From a virus: a stretch of DNA of 64,000 nucleotides. The translations under genes and the position numbers were made by a program. Shown here piece after piece: positions 55,762 through 64,000 of this stretch. The stretch is taken from positions 1-64,000 of IMG/VR virus record IMGVR_UViG_3300025015_000021, one strand, 5' to 3'. The notes under the pieces are model-generated. The model had not been told where the DNA came from. It ran no database searches and saw only the letters and a program-made list of their open reading frames with translations. Every line of letters starts with the position of its first letter. Position 1 is the stretch's first letter.

Positions 55762-57921
55762 ATGAAAAATCTTGAACTTTACATACAAAAATATTTAATG
55801 TCCTTAGCAAATAAAGGCTATGCTCTCGGAACACAGGAAAATTACCGTGTTCATCTTTTCTCTTTTGCCAAATGGCTTAGGGGTAAAAAAATTAACTCGG
55901 ACACCATCAGCTATTACCGCTTATATCTTACTTCTTCCAAAATTACTAAAGTAACTCAAAACAAGTATCTTATTACTCTAAGGAGTTTCTTTAGTTTTAT
56001 GGATAGAGAAGGTCATCCGATTTTCTCAAAAGAAAAAATAGAACTTGCTAAGGTACCGGAAAGGCAGATTAATTTTCTCACATCAAGCCAGGTCAAGCGG
56101 ATGCTTAATAAGGTCAAGATGGTAAAAATTAATAAGAGATTGAAGTTTGAAAGAGCCAAGGAACGGGCAATCTTAGAGCTTTTGTTTTCTTGCGGGCTTC
56201 GGGTTTCCGAGCTTTGTAATCTCGACCGGGAGAGAGTAAACATAAAAAGAGGTGAATTTACCATTATAGGCAAGGGAGGAAAGGGAAGGCTGGTTTTTCT
56301 TTCGGAGGAGGCTAAGTTCTGGCTTAAAAAATATCTTAGACTTAGGCAAGACAAACATCCTGCTCTTTTTGTCAATTCTTTAAGAAGAAGAAAAAAGAAT
56401 AACCGTCTAAAGTCGTGGATTGTACAGAAAGTGGTTGATAAGTATGCCAGAAAAGCCTATATCCCTATGAAGGTTACTCCACATATGCTCCGCCATTGCC
56501 TGCATAAAGATTCAAGAATAGTTTTAAATCGGGATTTAATCTCAGCCGAAGAACTATTTTTAAAAAAGAAGACTTCTGTAGTAAGTCTTAATTTCCAAAA
56601 TAATAAATTTGCTGATGGGAAAATTACTAGATATTTTTCCCATAAAGCTAACTCACTGCTACAAATTTGGGCATCGGGACGGGAAATTATTTGTAGTCCA
56701 AAACACACATTTTTTACAATATCTCAAAAAGGCATTAGTCCTGTTGAAGCAAAAAAACTGAAAGTCGGTATGTATATAGCTGGTATAAAAAAAATTAATA
56801 CAGTTGGGAAAAAATATTTTCCAGATAACCTCTGGAGATTAATTGGCTATATTATAGGAGATGCAACTCTTAGTGAAGCTAGACATGGAATTATTATTTC
56901 TGAAAAAAGAAAAGATTATATAGATTTTTATGAAAAATTAATTAAAAAAACTTTAAATATTAATCCTACTATCACTAAATCTAAAAATACTAGAAGTTAT
57001 AGTTTAAATATTTATAATGTAAAATTTCTGAAACAAATGCGAAAACTAGGTATAACTCAAAAACAACCTGACAGACGTGTTCCTCAATCTTTGTTCAAAG
57101 CTACTAATAAAGAGATAGCCTCTTTTTTAGCAGGATATTATGATGCAGAAGGAAATTCAGGCACTATACAAATGTTTTCTTCTAGTAAAGAGCTTTTAAA
57201 AGATATACAAATTTTATTTCTTAGATTGGGCATAGATAGTTTTTTATATCAAAGGGAAAGAATAGTAAAATTACCTCAAGGACATAAAATCAAAAATAGT
57301 ATTTTTGTGTTATATATATGTCAAAAATTAAGTCAGACCTTTTTCAAAAAACACATTAAAACTTTAAAAACTGGTATTTTTATAAAAAACATTTCTGTTT
57401 ATGAAAAATTGCCTTATGACAAATTACCTATCCAACCCTTAATAAATTCTTTATATAAAGAATTTATCCCCCATAATAAAGGCTTTGTGAATTTTTTGGG
57501 AAAGAAATATGGCATTAAAAGCCTTAAGCGATATTTAAAGCTTTGCTTAACGCCCGCACTTTTGTCAAAATTAATATCATCCCTCAATAAATTTCATTAT
57601 CAGGGTAAAACGCTAGAACATTTACAACAGATTAACAACTTAAAAACAATAAAATGGTTGAAAATTTCTAAAATTAATCAAACATTTAAAGAAGAGGAAG
57701 TTTACGATTTTACAATTGTACCTTATCATAATTTTATTACTGATGGCTTTATTTCTCATAATTCTTTTGCGTCTGATTTACTTCGAAACGGAGCCAATCT
57801 AAGGCTGGTTCAGGAACTTCTAGGGCATAAGGATATTTCAACCACCCAGATTTATACCCATATAACCAATCCCGAGCTAAAACTCGGGTATCTCAAATAC
57901 CACTCCGGAAATTATGATTAA
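55762..57921 (+). CDS. XerC/D-like tyrosine recombinase containing an intein
   Basis: GLRVSEL, GKGGKGR, PHMLRH|intein|SFA..LLGH..TTQIYTH; 297 aa after splicing. Confidence 0.93.
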   Translation: MKNLELYIQKYLMSLANKGYALGTQENYRVHLFSFAKWLRGKKINSDTISYYRLYLTSSKITKVTQNKYLITLRSFFSFMDREGHPIFSKEKIELAKVPERQINFLTSSQVKRMLNKVKMVKINKRLKFERAKERAILELLFSCGLRVSELCNLDRERVNIKRGEFTIIGKGGKGRLVFLSEEAKFWLKKYLRLRQDKHPALFVNSLRRRKKNNRLKSWIVQKVVDKYARKAYIPMKVTPHMLRHCLHKDSRIVLNRDLISAEELFLKKKTSVVSLNFQNNKFADGKITRYFSHKANSLLQIWASGREIICSPKHTFFTISQKGISPVEAKKLKVGMYIAGIKKINTVGKKYFPDNLWRLIGYIIGDATLSEARHGIIISEKRKDYIDFYEKLIKKTLNINPTITKSKNTRSYSLNIYNVKFLKQMRKLGITQKQPDRRVPQSLFKATNKEIASFLAGYYDAEGNSGTIQMFSSSKELLKDIQILFLRLGIDSFLYQRERIVKLPQGHKIKNSIFVLYICQKLSQTFFKKHIKTLKTGIFIKNISVYEKLPYDKLPIQPLINSLYKEFIPHNKGFVNFLGKKYGIKSLKRYLKLCLTPALLSKLISSLNKFHYQGKTLEHLQQINNLKTIKWLKISKINQTFKEEEVYDFTIVPYHNFITDGFISHNSFASDLLRNGANLRLVQELLGHKDISTTQIYTHITNPELKLGYLKYHSGNYD
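56497..57762 (+). mobile_element. intein (422 aa) with LAGLIDADG homing endonuclease
   Basis: Cys1 CLHKDS, CSPKH block B, LIGYIIGD and [16 protein letters not shown], terminal HN followed by Ser+1. Confidence 0.93.
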
Positions 57922-57970
57922 TTTTCCCTCTTGACAAAAAGTTTTTAATCATAGACAATACAATATATCT

Positions 57971-58228
57971 ATGTTAAATAATATGCCAGATGAGATTTTA
58001 AATAACCTCTTCAAAACTAAAGACATCTATTTAGCTTCAACATTAGTTGCACTCGGTTTTAAATATTTTTTAACCAAAAAAGAAAAACAATTCTTCTTTT
58101 CCTTCGAAGATAATGAGGAAGAAATGTTACATGTGGAAATTGCAAATTACTGGGATAAAAATTTAGAGATTGATGCAATTACATTATTTAATGCATTTAA
58201 GGAATTAAAATCAAGAATGTATGAATGA
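57971..58228 (+). CDS. small putative DNA-binding protein (DUF5659-like)
   Basis: TKDIYLASTLVALGF..LKSRMY; precedes the initiator. Confidence 0.55.
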   Translation: MLNNMPDEILNNLFKTKDIYLASTLVALGFKYFLTKKEKQFFFSFEDNEEEMLHVEIANYWDKNLEIDAITLFNAFKELKSRMYE

Positions 58229-58964
58229 TTTATTGACAAATGAGTTTAAAAAGAATGTCTATTTAAAACCCGATGCATATTTAAACGGCTGGGCAAAAAA
58301 ATGCGGATGGAAAGCAACTTTAGTTTATGATAGTCTTTGGAGACATGCTGATAAGAATGGGATAAGTTTTCCCTCAATTGAGCTTATGGCAGAAGAACAT
58401 GGTGTATCGAGGAAAACAATAATAAGAGGCTTAAAAACTCTTATCGAATATAATTTAGTAAACAAAGAATCAACACGAGATAAGAAAGGAAAATTTTTAC
58501 ACAACACCTATATTTTAACTGATAAATCTAAATGGAAAGATATATCCATTTCACTTCTAACAAAGCGGGTATCCAAGTCCCCTCAGGGGACGCGGGTATC
58601 CAAGTCCCCTGCAGTCCCTATCCAAGTCCCCTCAGGGGACTATAAGGGTACACATAATAAGGGTACACATATAACCCTCTCTATATCTCCCCCTGTTATA
58701 GAAGGAAATGGAAAGACTCGCTATAACACGCTGGCTTCCTTGACTCCCCAAGTCTTACTCGAAATAGCCCTTCAATATCATGTTCCGCCTGCATTTGTCC
58801 GCCTTCAGTTTGAAAAAATGAAAAATTGGTTAGAAGCTAAGGGGAAGACTTATAAAAATTACAATGCTGGCCTTAGAGGTTTTGTATTGAGAGATATGCA
58901 AAAGTCTGTAGAAAGAAAATCAAATGATAAATACAGAGCCGTTGATGCTCGGGGAATTAAATAA
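58221..58964 (+). CDS. phage replication initiator (winged HTH)
   Basis: FPSIELMAEEHGVSRKTIIRGLKTL..NTYIL; internal iterons. Confidence 0.8.
   Translation: MNDLLTNEFKKNVYLKPDAYLNGWAKKCGWKATLVYDSLWRHADKNGISFPSIELMAEEHGVSRKTIIRGLKTLIEYNLVNKESTRDKKGKFLHNTYILTDKSKWKDISISLLTKRVSKSPQGTRVSKSPAVPIQVPSGDYKGTHNKGTHITLSISPPVIEGNGKTRYNTLASLTPQVLLEIALQYHVPPAFVRLQFEKMKNWLEAKGKTYKNYNAGLRGFVLRDMQKSVERKSNDKYRAVDARGIK
58565..58671. repeat. iteron-like repeats (candidate replication origin)
   Basis: TATCCAAGTCCCCT x3 (58570, 58597, 58619); GTCCCC-TCA-GGGGAC palindromes; TAAGGGTACACATA x2 (58643, 58658). Confidence 0.75.
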
Positions 58965-59289
58965 AATTATGGAGTTAAATAATTATGAAGAAGGAAAATA
59001 TGATGAAGAATGGAAAGTTATCTTATCGAGTAAAGGAGAATATATTTTAAGTAAATATCAGGCTCTAATTTTAAAACAGGAAATAGCCAGTGGTAATAGA
59101 GCAACTGTTATGTTTAACACTTTTGCTATTGCTATTCCATACATAGTCGAATTTTATATAGTTAAAAAGTTCTTAAAAGGTGCATTTGTTTTACCTGAAC
59201 AGGCAAACGAAGAACCCTATCAGCCGATACCAGAAGAAAAATGGAAAGAATTTAAAAAAGAAATTTATCAGAAAATCGGAAAAACATGA
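58924..59289 (+). CDS. hypothetical protein
   Basis: ORF after the initiator. Confidence 0.55.
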   Translation: MINTEPLMLGELNKIMELNNYEEGKYDEEWKVILSSKGEYILSKYQALILKQEIASGNRATVMFNTFAIAIPYIVEFYIVKKFLKGAFVLPEQANEEPYQPIPEEKWKEFKKEIYQKIGKT

Positions 59290-59694
59290 GTAGGTCTGGG
59301 TTTGTCGGTAGCAGAGAAGGTCTTATTAGAAGAAGTAGTTTTCGGAAGGAAATTATTAAACAGGCAAAAAAAGAGAGACAATGTTTAAACCATCCAAATG
59401 CAATATGGGGAAAAAATGGAATGGGGTATTATTGGCCAAGATGCAAAGAGGGGCATGAAAAAAATGAATCCTGCCAAAGCCAAGTTTGACTTGGTTAAAC
59501 AAAATAAAAGGATTAATCCTGAGCAAAGCCGAAGGAGAAAATCATGGTTGTATGAAGATCCAGATGAACAAATTGATGCTTGGTGTAAAATCCACATTTC
59601 TGCCTGGAACCGAATATATGTGAGATGTCTTGCTGCCAATCAGCTTAAAAAGCAAGGCGTCACCGAAATAGGCAAATGTGAAGAAGGGGATTGA

Positions 59695-59711
59695 CCCCGA
59701 TTTAATCGGGG
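59695..59711. repeat. family D palindrome (possible terminator)
   Basis: CCCCGATTTAATCGGGG right after the stop codon at 59694. Confidence 0.7.
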
Positions 59712-59740
59712 TTGATTTTCTTATTTGAATATGTTATAAT
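59712..59740 (+). promoter_or_regulatory. sigma70 promoter
   Basis: TTGATT-17 nt-TATAAT with TGn. Confidence 0.7.
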
Positions 59741-59920
59741 TGATACAATACTTTGACTTTGCCAAACTATGGATAATAAAAAAACGTTTAATATGATAGA
59801 AGATTTTTTTGTAAATGATCTCAAACGGCTCAAGAGACTTCAGGCTACTTTAAAGTTTGAGATAGACTACAAAGAAAAAAAACTTGAGGAAATGCAGATA
59901 AAGAAAAAAGAACTAATACC

Positions 59921-60244
59921 ATGAAGAAAAAAATAAATAAAAATAATATAGGAGACAAATATCTCATCCCAAAGATCTATTTCACTGTCTATAAAAAGGA
60001 TGGAAGGACTAAGTACTACAAAAATTCCTCAAAACAAAGAATTGCTTCACTTATAGCTTCAACTAAACTTAAAGATTCGATAAAAAAAGCCCGTCTTAAA
60101 GTTATTTACGGCAAGGCTATGGGAGTTTTTGGAAAAATGGAGGTTTTTGACAATGAGATAGAGGGAGATATTTCAGATATCAAGTGGGGCTTGCATGCCT
60201 TCATGGATAATGATTTGTTTATCAGAAAAACTAAGGGGAGGTGA
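59921..60244 (+). CDS. hypothetical protein
   Basis: 107 aa ORF. Confidence 0.55.
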   Translation: MKKKINKNNIGDKYLIPKIYFTVYKKDGRTKYYKNSSKQRIASLIASTKLKDSIKKARLKVIYGKAMGVFGKMEVFDNEIEGDISDIKWGLHAFMDNDLFIRKTKGR

Positions 60245-60250
60245 TAAATT

Positions 60251-60943
60251 ATGGCAGACAACAAAGTTGCAGTAAAACTCGAAAGCTCAAAAGAAGTTGC
60301 ACCCATTAAGAGTGCTGTTTCCATAAGGGGACTTGAAGAAATTCCCTCAAACATTATCCCAGTCCCGTTTTATAAACTGGTTCAACCTGGTTCAACCAAT
60401 ATAACATTGGCAGATGGTACAGATGCGTCTCCTGGAACTATTTTTATGATGGACTCAGGAGATGCTCAGGATACCCTAAAGTTTGCTTTGCTTCGTGCAA
60501 AAAGGCTCAATCGGGAATTTACAAATGACCAGGGAGAACTGGTGCGGACAACAACTATTGGGATTTTGGGAATAAACATTGCCAATTTCACACCTTTTAT
60601 TCTTAATGTTCCGGTTTCTTCGTTTTCAAATTTCGGAAGACTTATTAAACAGCTTAAAGATAAAAAGGCAGAGTTTGCATGGAAGTTTCCCATTATGGCA
60701 ACATCAGAGAAACAGGAACAGCTCAAGCAGACAACAAGAGGACAGCAAATGGTCAAGTACTTTACCTTAAATTTTCAGGTAGGAACCAAACCATTTTCGG
60801 AAGATGAAGCTTCTCTCCTCTCCGATGCCTATGAGGAATTTGCTTCTTCATTGGATAGAACGGGGGAAATGGAAGAAACTCCTCCAGCAAGAAAGGATAA
60901 AGAAGAGGAGAATGAAGAAGAAAAATCAGATGTTCCTTTCTAA
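60251..60943 (+). CDS. putative single-stranded DNA-binding/recombination protein
   Basis: GGAGGTGA RBS; acidic tail ending EEEKSDVPF (SSB C-terminus-like). Confidence 0.6.
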   Translation: MADNKVAVKLESSKEVAPIKSAVSIRGLEEIPSNIIPVPFYKLVQPGSTNITLADGTDASPGTIFMMDSGDAQDTLKFALLRAKRLNREFTNDQGELVRTTTIGILGINIANFTPFILNVPVSSFSNFGRLIKQLKDKKAEFAWKFPIMATSEKQEQLKQTTRGQQMVKYFTLNFQVGTKPFSEDEASLLSDAYEEFASSLDRTGEMEETPPARKDKEEENEEEKSDVPF

Positions 60944-60982
60944 AATCAGGTATCAGATGGTATCTTTAGGAGGTGATAATAG

Positions 60983-61246
60983 ATGTTGATGCTTAAAAAA
61001 GTTCTTCTTATTGTTGGATTTATTTTAGTTATTTTGGCTTCTTTCAATGAGGCAACTGCTCTTCAGCTTTTGCCATTTGTGGCATTGGGAGTATTGGCTT
61101 ATTTTGAGATGTACCAGAAAAAAAATGTCAATCTCTATATAGTTTTGCTTTCGGTAGGAATGGTAATTATTAATTTACTTATCCCTTCTTACATTGATGT
61201 TGTATTTTGGGCTGTAGCGGGAGTGGCTTTCTGGCAAACAAAATGA
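60983..61246 (+). CDS. small multi-pass membrane protein
   Basis: 3-4 hydrophobic segments; AGGAGGTGA RBS. Confidence 0.65.
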   Translation: MLMLKKVLLIVGFILVILASFNEATALQLLPFVALGVLAYFEMYQKKNVNLYIVLLSVGMVIINLLIPSYIDVVFWAVAGVAFWQTK

Positions 61247-61349
61247 AAAAATACAGACGCAATAGGGATTTTAGATATTTTATATTAGGATTTATTATTG
61301 GCTATATTATAGGCACAATAGCTTTTGTAAGTTTGCTTTTGATATTAGA

Positions 61350-62084
61350 ATGAAAAAGATAATACTAGACTTATGCGGAGGAACAGGGGCTTGGTCAGCA
61401 CCTTATAGGGAGGCTGGATATGATGTGATGGTTATAACTTTGCCAGATTACAACATCCTCAATACTGAATTTAGAGAAGATGGGATATTCTTTCCAACAC
61501 CCTTGAAATTACAGCGACATATTCATTATCAGGAGATTTATGGAATAATCGCAGCTCCGCCTTGCACTATGTTTTCTTTCGCCCGAACCAACGCTAAAAC
61601 TAGAAGAAATTTAAGGGAAGGTATGGAAATAATAAATGCTTGTCTTAACTTAATCCACGAGGCACAATACAGAATTGTAAGTGACCAGCAGAAATACCCC
61701 CCCCTAAAGTTTTGGGCATTAGAAAATCCCTACTACGCAATGACACGATGGTTTTTAGGTAAGCCAGCTTTTATATTTGACCCTTGGGAGTTTGGGCATA
61801 ATTATAAAAAGAAAACAGCTCTTTGGGGACATTTCAATGAGCCTGTTAAGACAGTTAAGGTAGTTACAGATGTTATGTCTGAGGAAGATTTAGCAAAGTC
61901 TAAGACAAATAGTAGGAAATTACCTAAGTTTGATATGTTAACCATGAAAGAAATAAAAGCCATGAAAAATATGGCAGGTAGTAATAACCAATTAGATTAC
62001 TGGAAGAACGCTAAAACAAGACAAGCTATGAGAGCAATAACACCTAGAGGATTCGCAGAAGCATTTTATAGAGCAAATAGTTGA
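61350..62084 (+). CDS. C5-cytosine DNA methyltransferase-like protein
   Basis: ILDLCGGTG, AAPPCT, LENP. Confidence 0.8.
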   Translation: MKKIILDLCGGTGAWSAPYREAGYDVMVITLPDYNILNTEFREDGIFFPTPLKLQRHIHYQEIYGIIAAPPCTMFSFARTNAKTRRNLREGMEIINACLNLIHEAQYRIVSDQQKYPPLKFWALENPYYAMTRWFLGKPAFIFDPWEFGHNYKKKTALWGHFNEPVKTVKVVTDVMSEEDLAKSKTNSRKLPKFDMLTMKEIKAMKNMAGSNNQLDYWKNAKTRQAMRAITPRGFAEAFYRANS

Positions 62085-62109
62085 GTCTAGGGGCAAGCAA
62101 GAATAGAAT

Positions 62110-62442
62110 ATGAAAGCTATAGGAAGAAATAAACTATGTCTTTGTGGAAGTGGCAGAAAGTTTAAGGACTGCCATATAGTGCAAGTTGAGAATGATAAAC
62201 CTTTTAGATTTTATCAGCAGATATTTCAGGATGATGAGGGAAATATAGTAAAGAGAATGGATTTCGTGTTTAAAGTAAAAGGAACTGAATTATTACCAGC
62301 AGATATTAAGAAAGTAAAAACATATTTTTTAAACATAAAAACCAATATGTTAGTAGATAAAACAAAACCTATTAAAAAACAGATTGCAGCTCAAGTTAAA
62401 GAGTTTAAAGAACACATAGAATCTAAATTACTGAATACATAA
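62110..62442 (+). CDS. SEC-C motif protein
   Basis: IGRNKLCLCGSGRKFKDCH. Confidence 0.75.
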   Translation: MKAIGRNKLCLCGSGRKFKDCHIVQVENDKPFRFYQQIFQDDEGNIVKRMDFVFKVKGTELLPADIKKVKTYFLNIKTNMLVDKTKPIKKQIAAQVKEFKEHIESKLLNT

Positions 62443-62454
62443 AGCAAGAATAGA

Positions 62455-62667
62455 ATGAAAGTAATACTAGAATTAGAAAAAGTAGCAGAAGCAGAGGAAT
62501 CGGATGAAATAAGAGATTTTTTACAAAGTGGTAATTATGAAGGAGAAGTGATTACCAAATACAAAGGCTTAGTAATTTCAAGGAGAATGATTAAGAATAA
62601 AAATGCTACTTCACTAAATACTATTACAACTAAGTTAAAACTAGATACTAGGGGCAAGCAAGAATAG
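62455..62667 (+). CDS. hypothetical protein
   Basis: 70 aa ORF between junction repeats. Confidence 0.5.
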   Translation: MKVILELEKVAEAEESDEIRDFLQSGNYEGEVITKYKGLVISRRMIKNKNATSLNTITTKLKLDTRGKQE

Positions 62668-62788
62668 ATGACAGCAATACTTTCAACAATTCGTTGTCCG
62701 AAATGCAAAAAGCAAGTTGATAGTCTTTATTGGGTAAAGAAAATTCTATGGTTTAACATTTACAGATGCGGTATTTGCAAAAGGAAAT

Positions 62789-63124
62789 ATGCCAATAAAA
62801 AATAAACTACCAGAATTGCGTGAGCATGAAATACAAACTCAGTGTATGAATTACCTTAAAGCCAAAGGATTTTACTGTCTCAGGCTCAATAGTGGTAAAT
62901 ATAGCGTTGGTGAAGGCAGGAATCGCAGATTTATCATGGGACAGGAAGCAGGAACTCCCGACATTTTAGCAATAAAATACGGCAAGTGCTATTTTTTTGA
63001 AATTAAGAAACCGAAAGGAAAACTTACTTTTTATCAAAAGCATAAAATGAAGGAGCTAGAAGGGTACGGAGCAAGGTGTTATGTTATTCATTCCCTTGAA
63101 GAAATGCAGGGAATTATAAAATGA
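62789..63124 (+). CDS. VRR-NUC domain nuclease
   Basis: EHEIQ..GTPDI..FEIK..GKLT..Q. Confidence 0.88.
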   Translation: MPIKNKLPELREHEIQTQCMNYLKAKGFYCLRLNSGKYSVGEGRNRRFIMGQEAGTPDILAIKYGKCYFFEIKKPKGKLTFYQKHKMKELEGYGARCYVIHSLEEMQGIIK

Positions 63125-63286
63125 AATGCAAGCATAAAAACTGGACATATTTTAAGAAAAAGAGAGAATGTGTGGATTGTGGAAAAACTCTGTCCAAAGA
63201 GAAGTTCTCATTAAAAGAGCTTATCTACGCTATTTTATTTTGTCGTAGTTATAAGAACTGTATCAGTCTGTGTCGTAGATATGGAC

Positions 63287-63583
63287 TTAAATCTTCTTTG
63301 CCTCTCTAATTATCTCAAAAGCATCTTCCTTCATTCCCTCGCCTACTAAATCATGGAATAAATCCAAGCTTATATTTCTTAAAGCATCAATCAAGTCTGG
63401 GGAAACATGGAATGTAACATTTTCTCCTTTTGTAGATTGGTAGGCAAATGTACCTTTCTCATAACCTGGGACTGAATCGGCTTCTTCAAGACTATGCTCA
63501 ATCCAATTTGTCATAGCAAGAACATAAGCAAACCTATAAAGTCTCTGTTCCTGATAAGGAGTATATTTTTCCTTTTCTTTCAC
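63287..63583 (-). CDS. hypothetical protein
   Basis: 98 aa ORF converging on the early arm. Confidence 0.55.
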   Translation of the reverse strand: MKEKEKYTPYQEQRLYRFAYVLAMTNWIEHSLEEADSVPGYEKGTFAYQSTKGENVTFHVSPDLIDALRNISLDLFHDLVGEGMKEDAFEIIREAKKI

Positions 63584-63804
63584 TTAGCATCTTGCCTTTC
63601 GTATATAGTATGTCTTGGTTTTCTATCCTTATAATCAAATAATGTTCCATAAACTCTTGGTAAGTCTGGTTTTTTTCTGCGTTCTGCTAATTCCTGCTCT
63701 ATCACAACTTCTCTTTCCCCGATAAAAAGAGTAATGGTGGGATCACGAAGTTTCCAAGTAATTAAACTACTAATAAGTGTTTCTCTCTCTTTCTTAGGCG
63801 ACAC
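63580..63804 (-). CDS. hypothetical protein
   Basis: 74 aa coupled ORF. Confidence 0.5.
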   Translation of the reverse strand: MSPKKERETLISSLITWKLRDPTITLFIGEREVVIEQELAERRKKPDLPRVYGTLFDYKDRKPRHTIYERQDAK

Positions 63805-64000
63805 CTGTAATTCTCCTTGCTCCTTGATAGATTGCAGTTAAACCAATACCTATACCTACTGCATCTTTTACTCTGTTTGCTATTTCATTGCCTAAGTCAG
63901 AGGGTATAAAGCCTAAAACAAATGCTACTGCAACTGAAAGTAGGAATTTCTGTTCTGTAGTTAATTTTACCCGTAGGCCTATGGCCCATACTGATCCAAA
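63794..64000 (-). CDS. holin-like membrane protein, C-terminal part
   Basis: Manual translation ...KFLLSVAVAFVLGFIP...AVGIGIGLTAIYQGARRITGVA*; hydrophobic segments with a basic tail. Confidence 0.45.
   Translation of the reverse strand, partial: FGSVWAIGLRVKLTTEQKFLLSVAVAFVLGFIPSDLGNEIANRVKDAVGIGIGLTAIYQGARRITGVA

Larger units (their letters stand above)
62087..62668 (+). repeat. repeated gene-junction sequence (three copies)
   Basis: CTAGGGGCAAGCAAGAATAGA at 62087 and 62648; AAGCAAGAATAGA at 62442; each directly before an ATG. Confidence 0.8.

Noticed and set aside
1-64000. Stop-codon reassignment
   Set aside because: Long conserved genes are intact under code 11, and TAA, TAG and TGA all end genes at coupled junctions.
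1-64000. Diversity-generating retroelement, retron or IS transposase
   Set aside because: No reverse transcriptase motif, no TR/VR pair and no DDE or Y1 transposase recognised.

Overview
The window looks like part of a large dsDNA (pro)phage genome read in genetic code 11; no host housekeeping genes are evident. A Patescibacteria/CPR host is plausible but inferred only from the style of the Xer recombinase and the repeats. There are two divergent arms around an AT-rich non-coding junction (~47.4-48.2 kb). The leftward arm (47 kb to 1) carries small hypothetical genes, then TerS, a GpA-type TerL, portal and a head-morphogenesis gene. These are surrounded by an unusually large sugar-modification gene set: about 15 glycosyltransferase-fold genes, 6 SAM methyltransferases, UDP-glucose dehydrogenase, a UDP-GlcA decarboxylase-like SDR, an epimerase, an RGP/GT75 mutase-like gene, a DegT aminotransferase, a GNAT, a PIG-L deacetylase and an ATP-grasp enzyme, with no export or polymerase machinery. 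Virion-like genes begin at the left edge. The rightward arm (48-63 kb) holds early genes, a RadA-like ATPase, an intein-containing Xer recombinase, a replication initiator with internal iterons, an SSB-like protein, a DNA methyltransferase and a VRR-NUC; it converges on a holin-like gene at the right edge. Two candidate novel systems stand out. The first is the phage-borne cytoplasmic glycosylation programme embedded in the packaging module, possibly making UDP-arabinofuranose. The second is a population of 19-32 nt tetranucleotide-plus-hairpin mini-elements with covarying stems that sit inside genes, fuse to start codons and nest in one another at a fixed position. All product calls are from motif recognition by eye; no database search was run.
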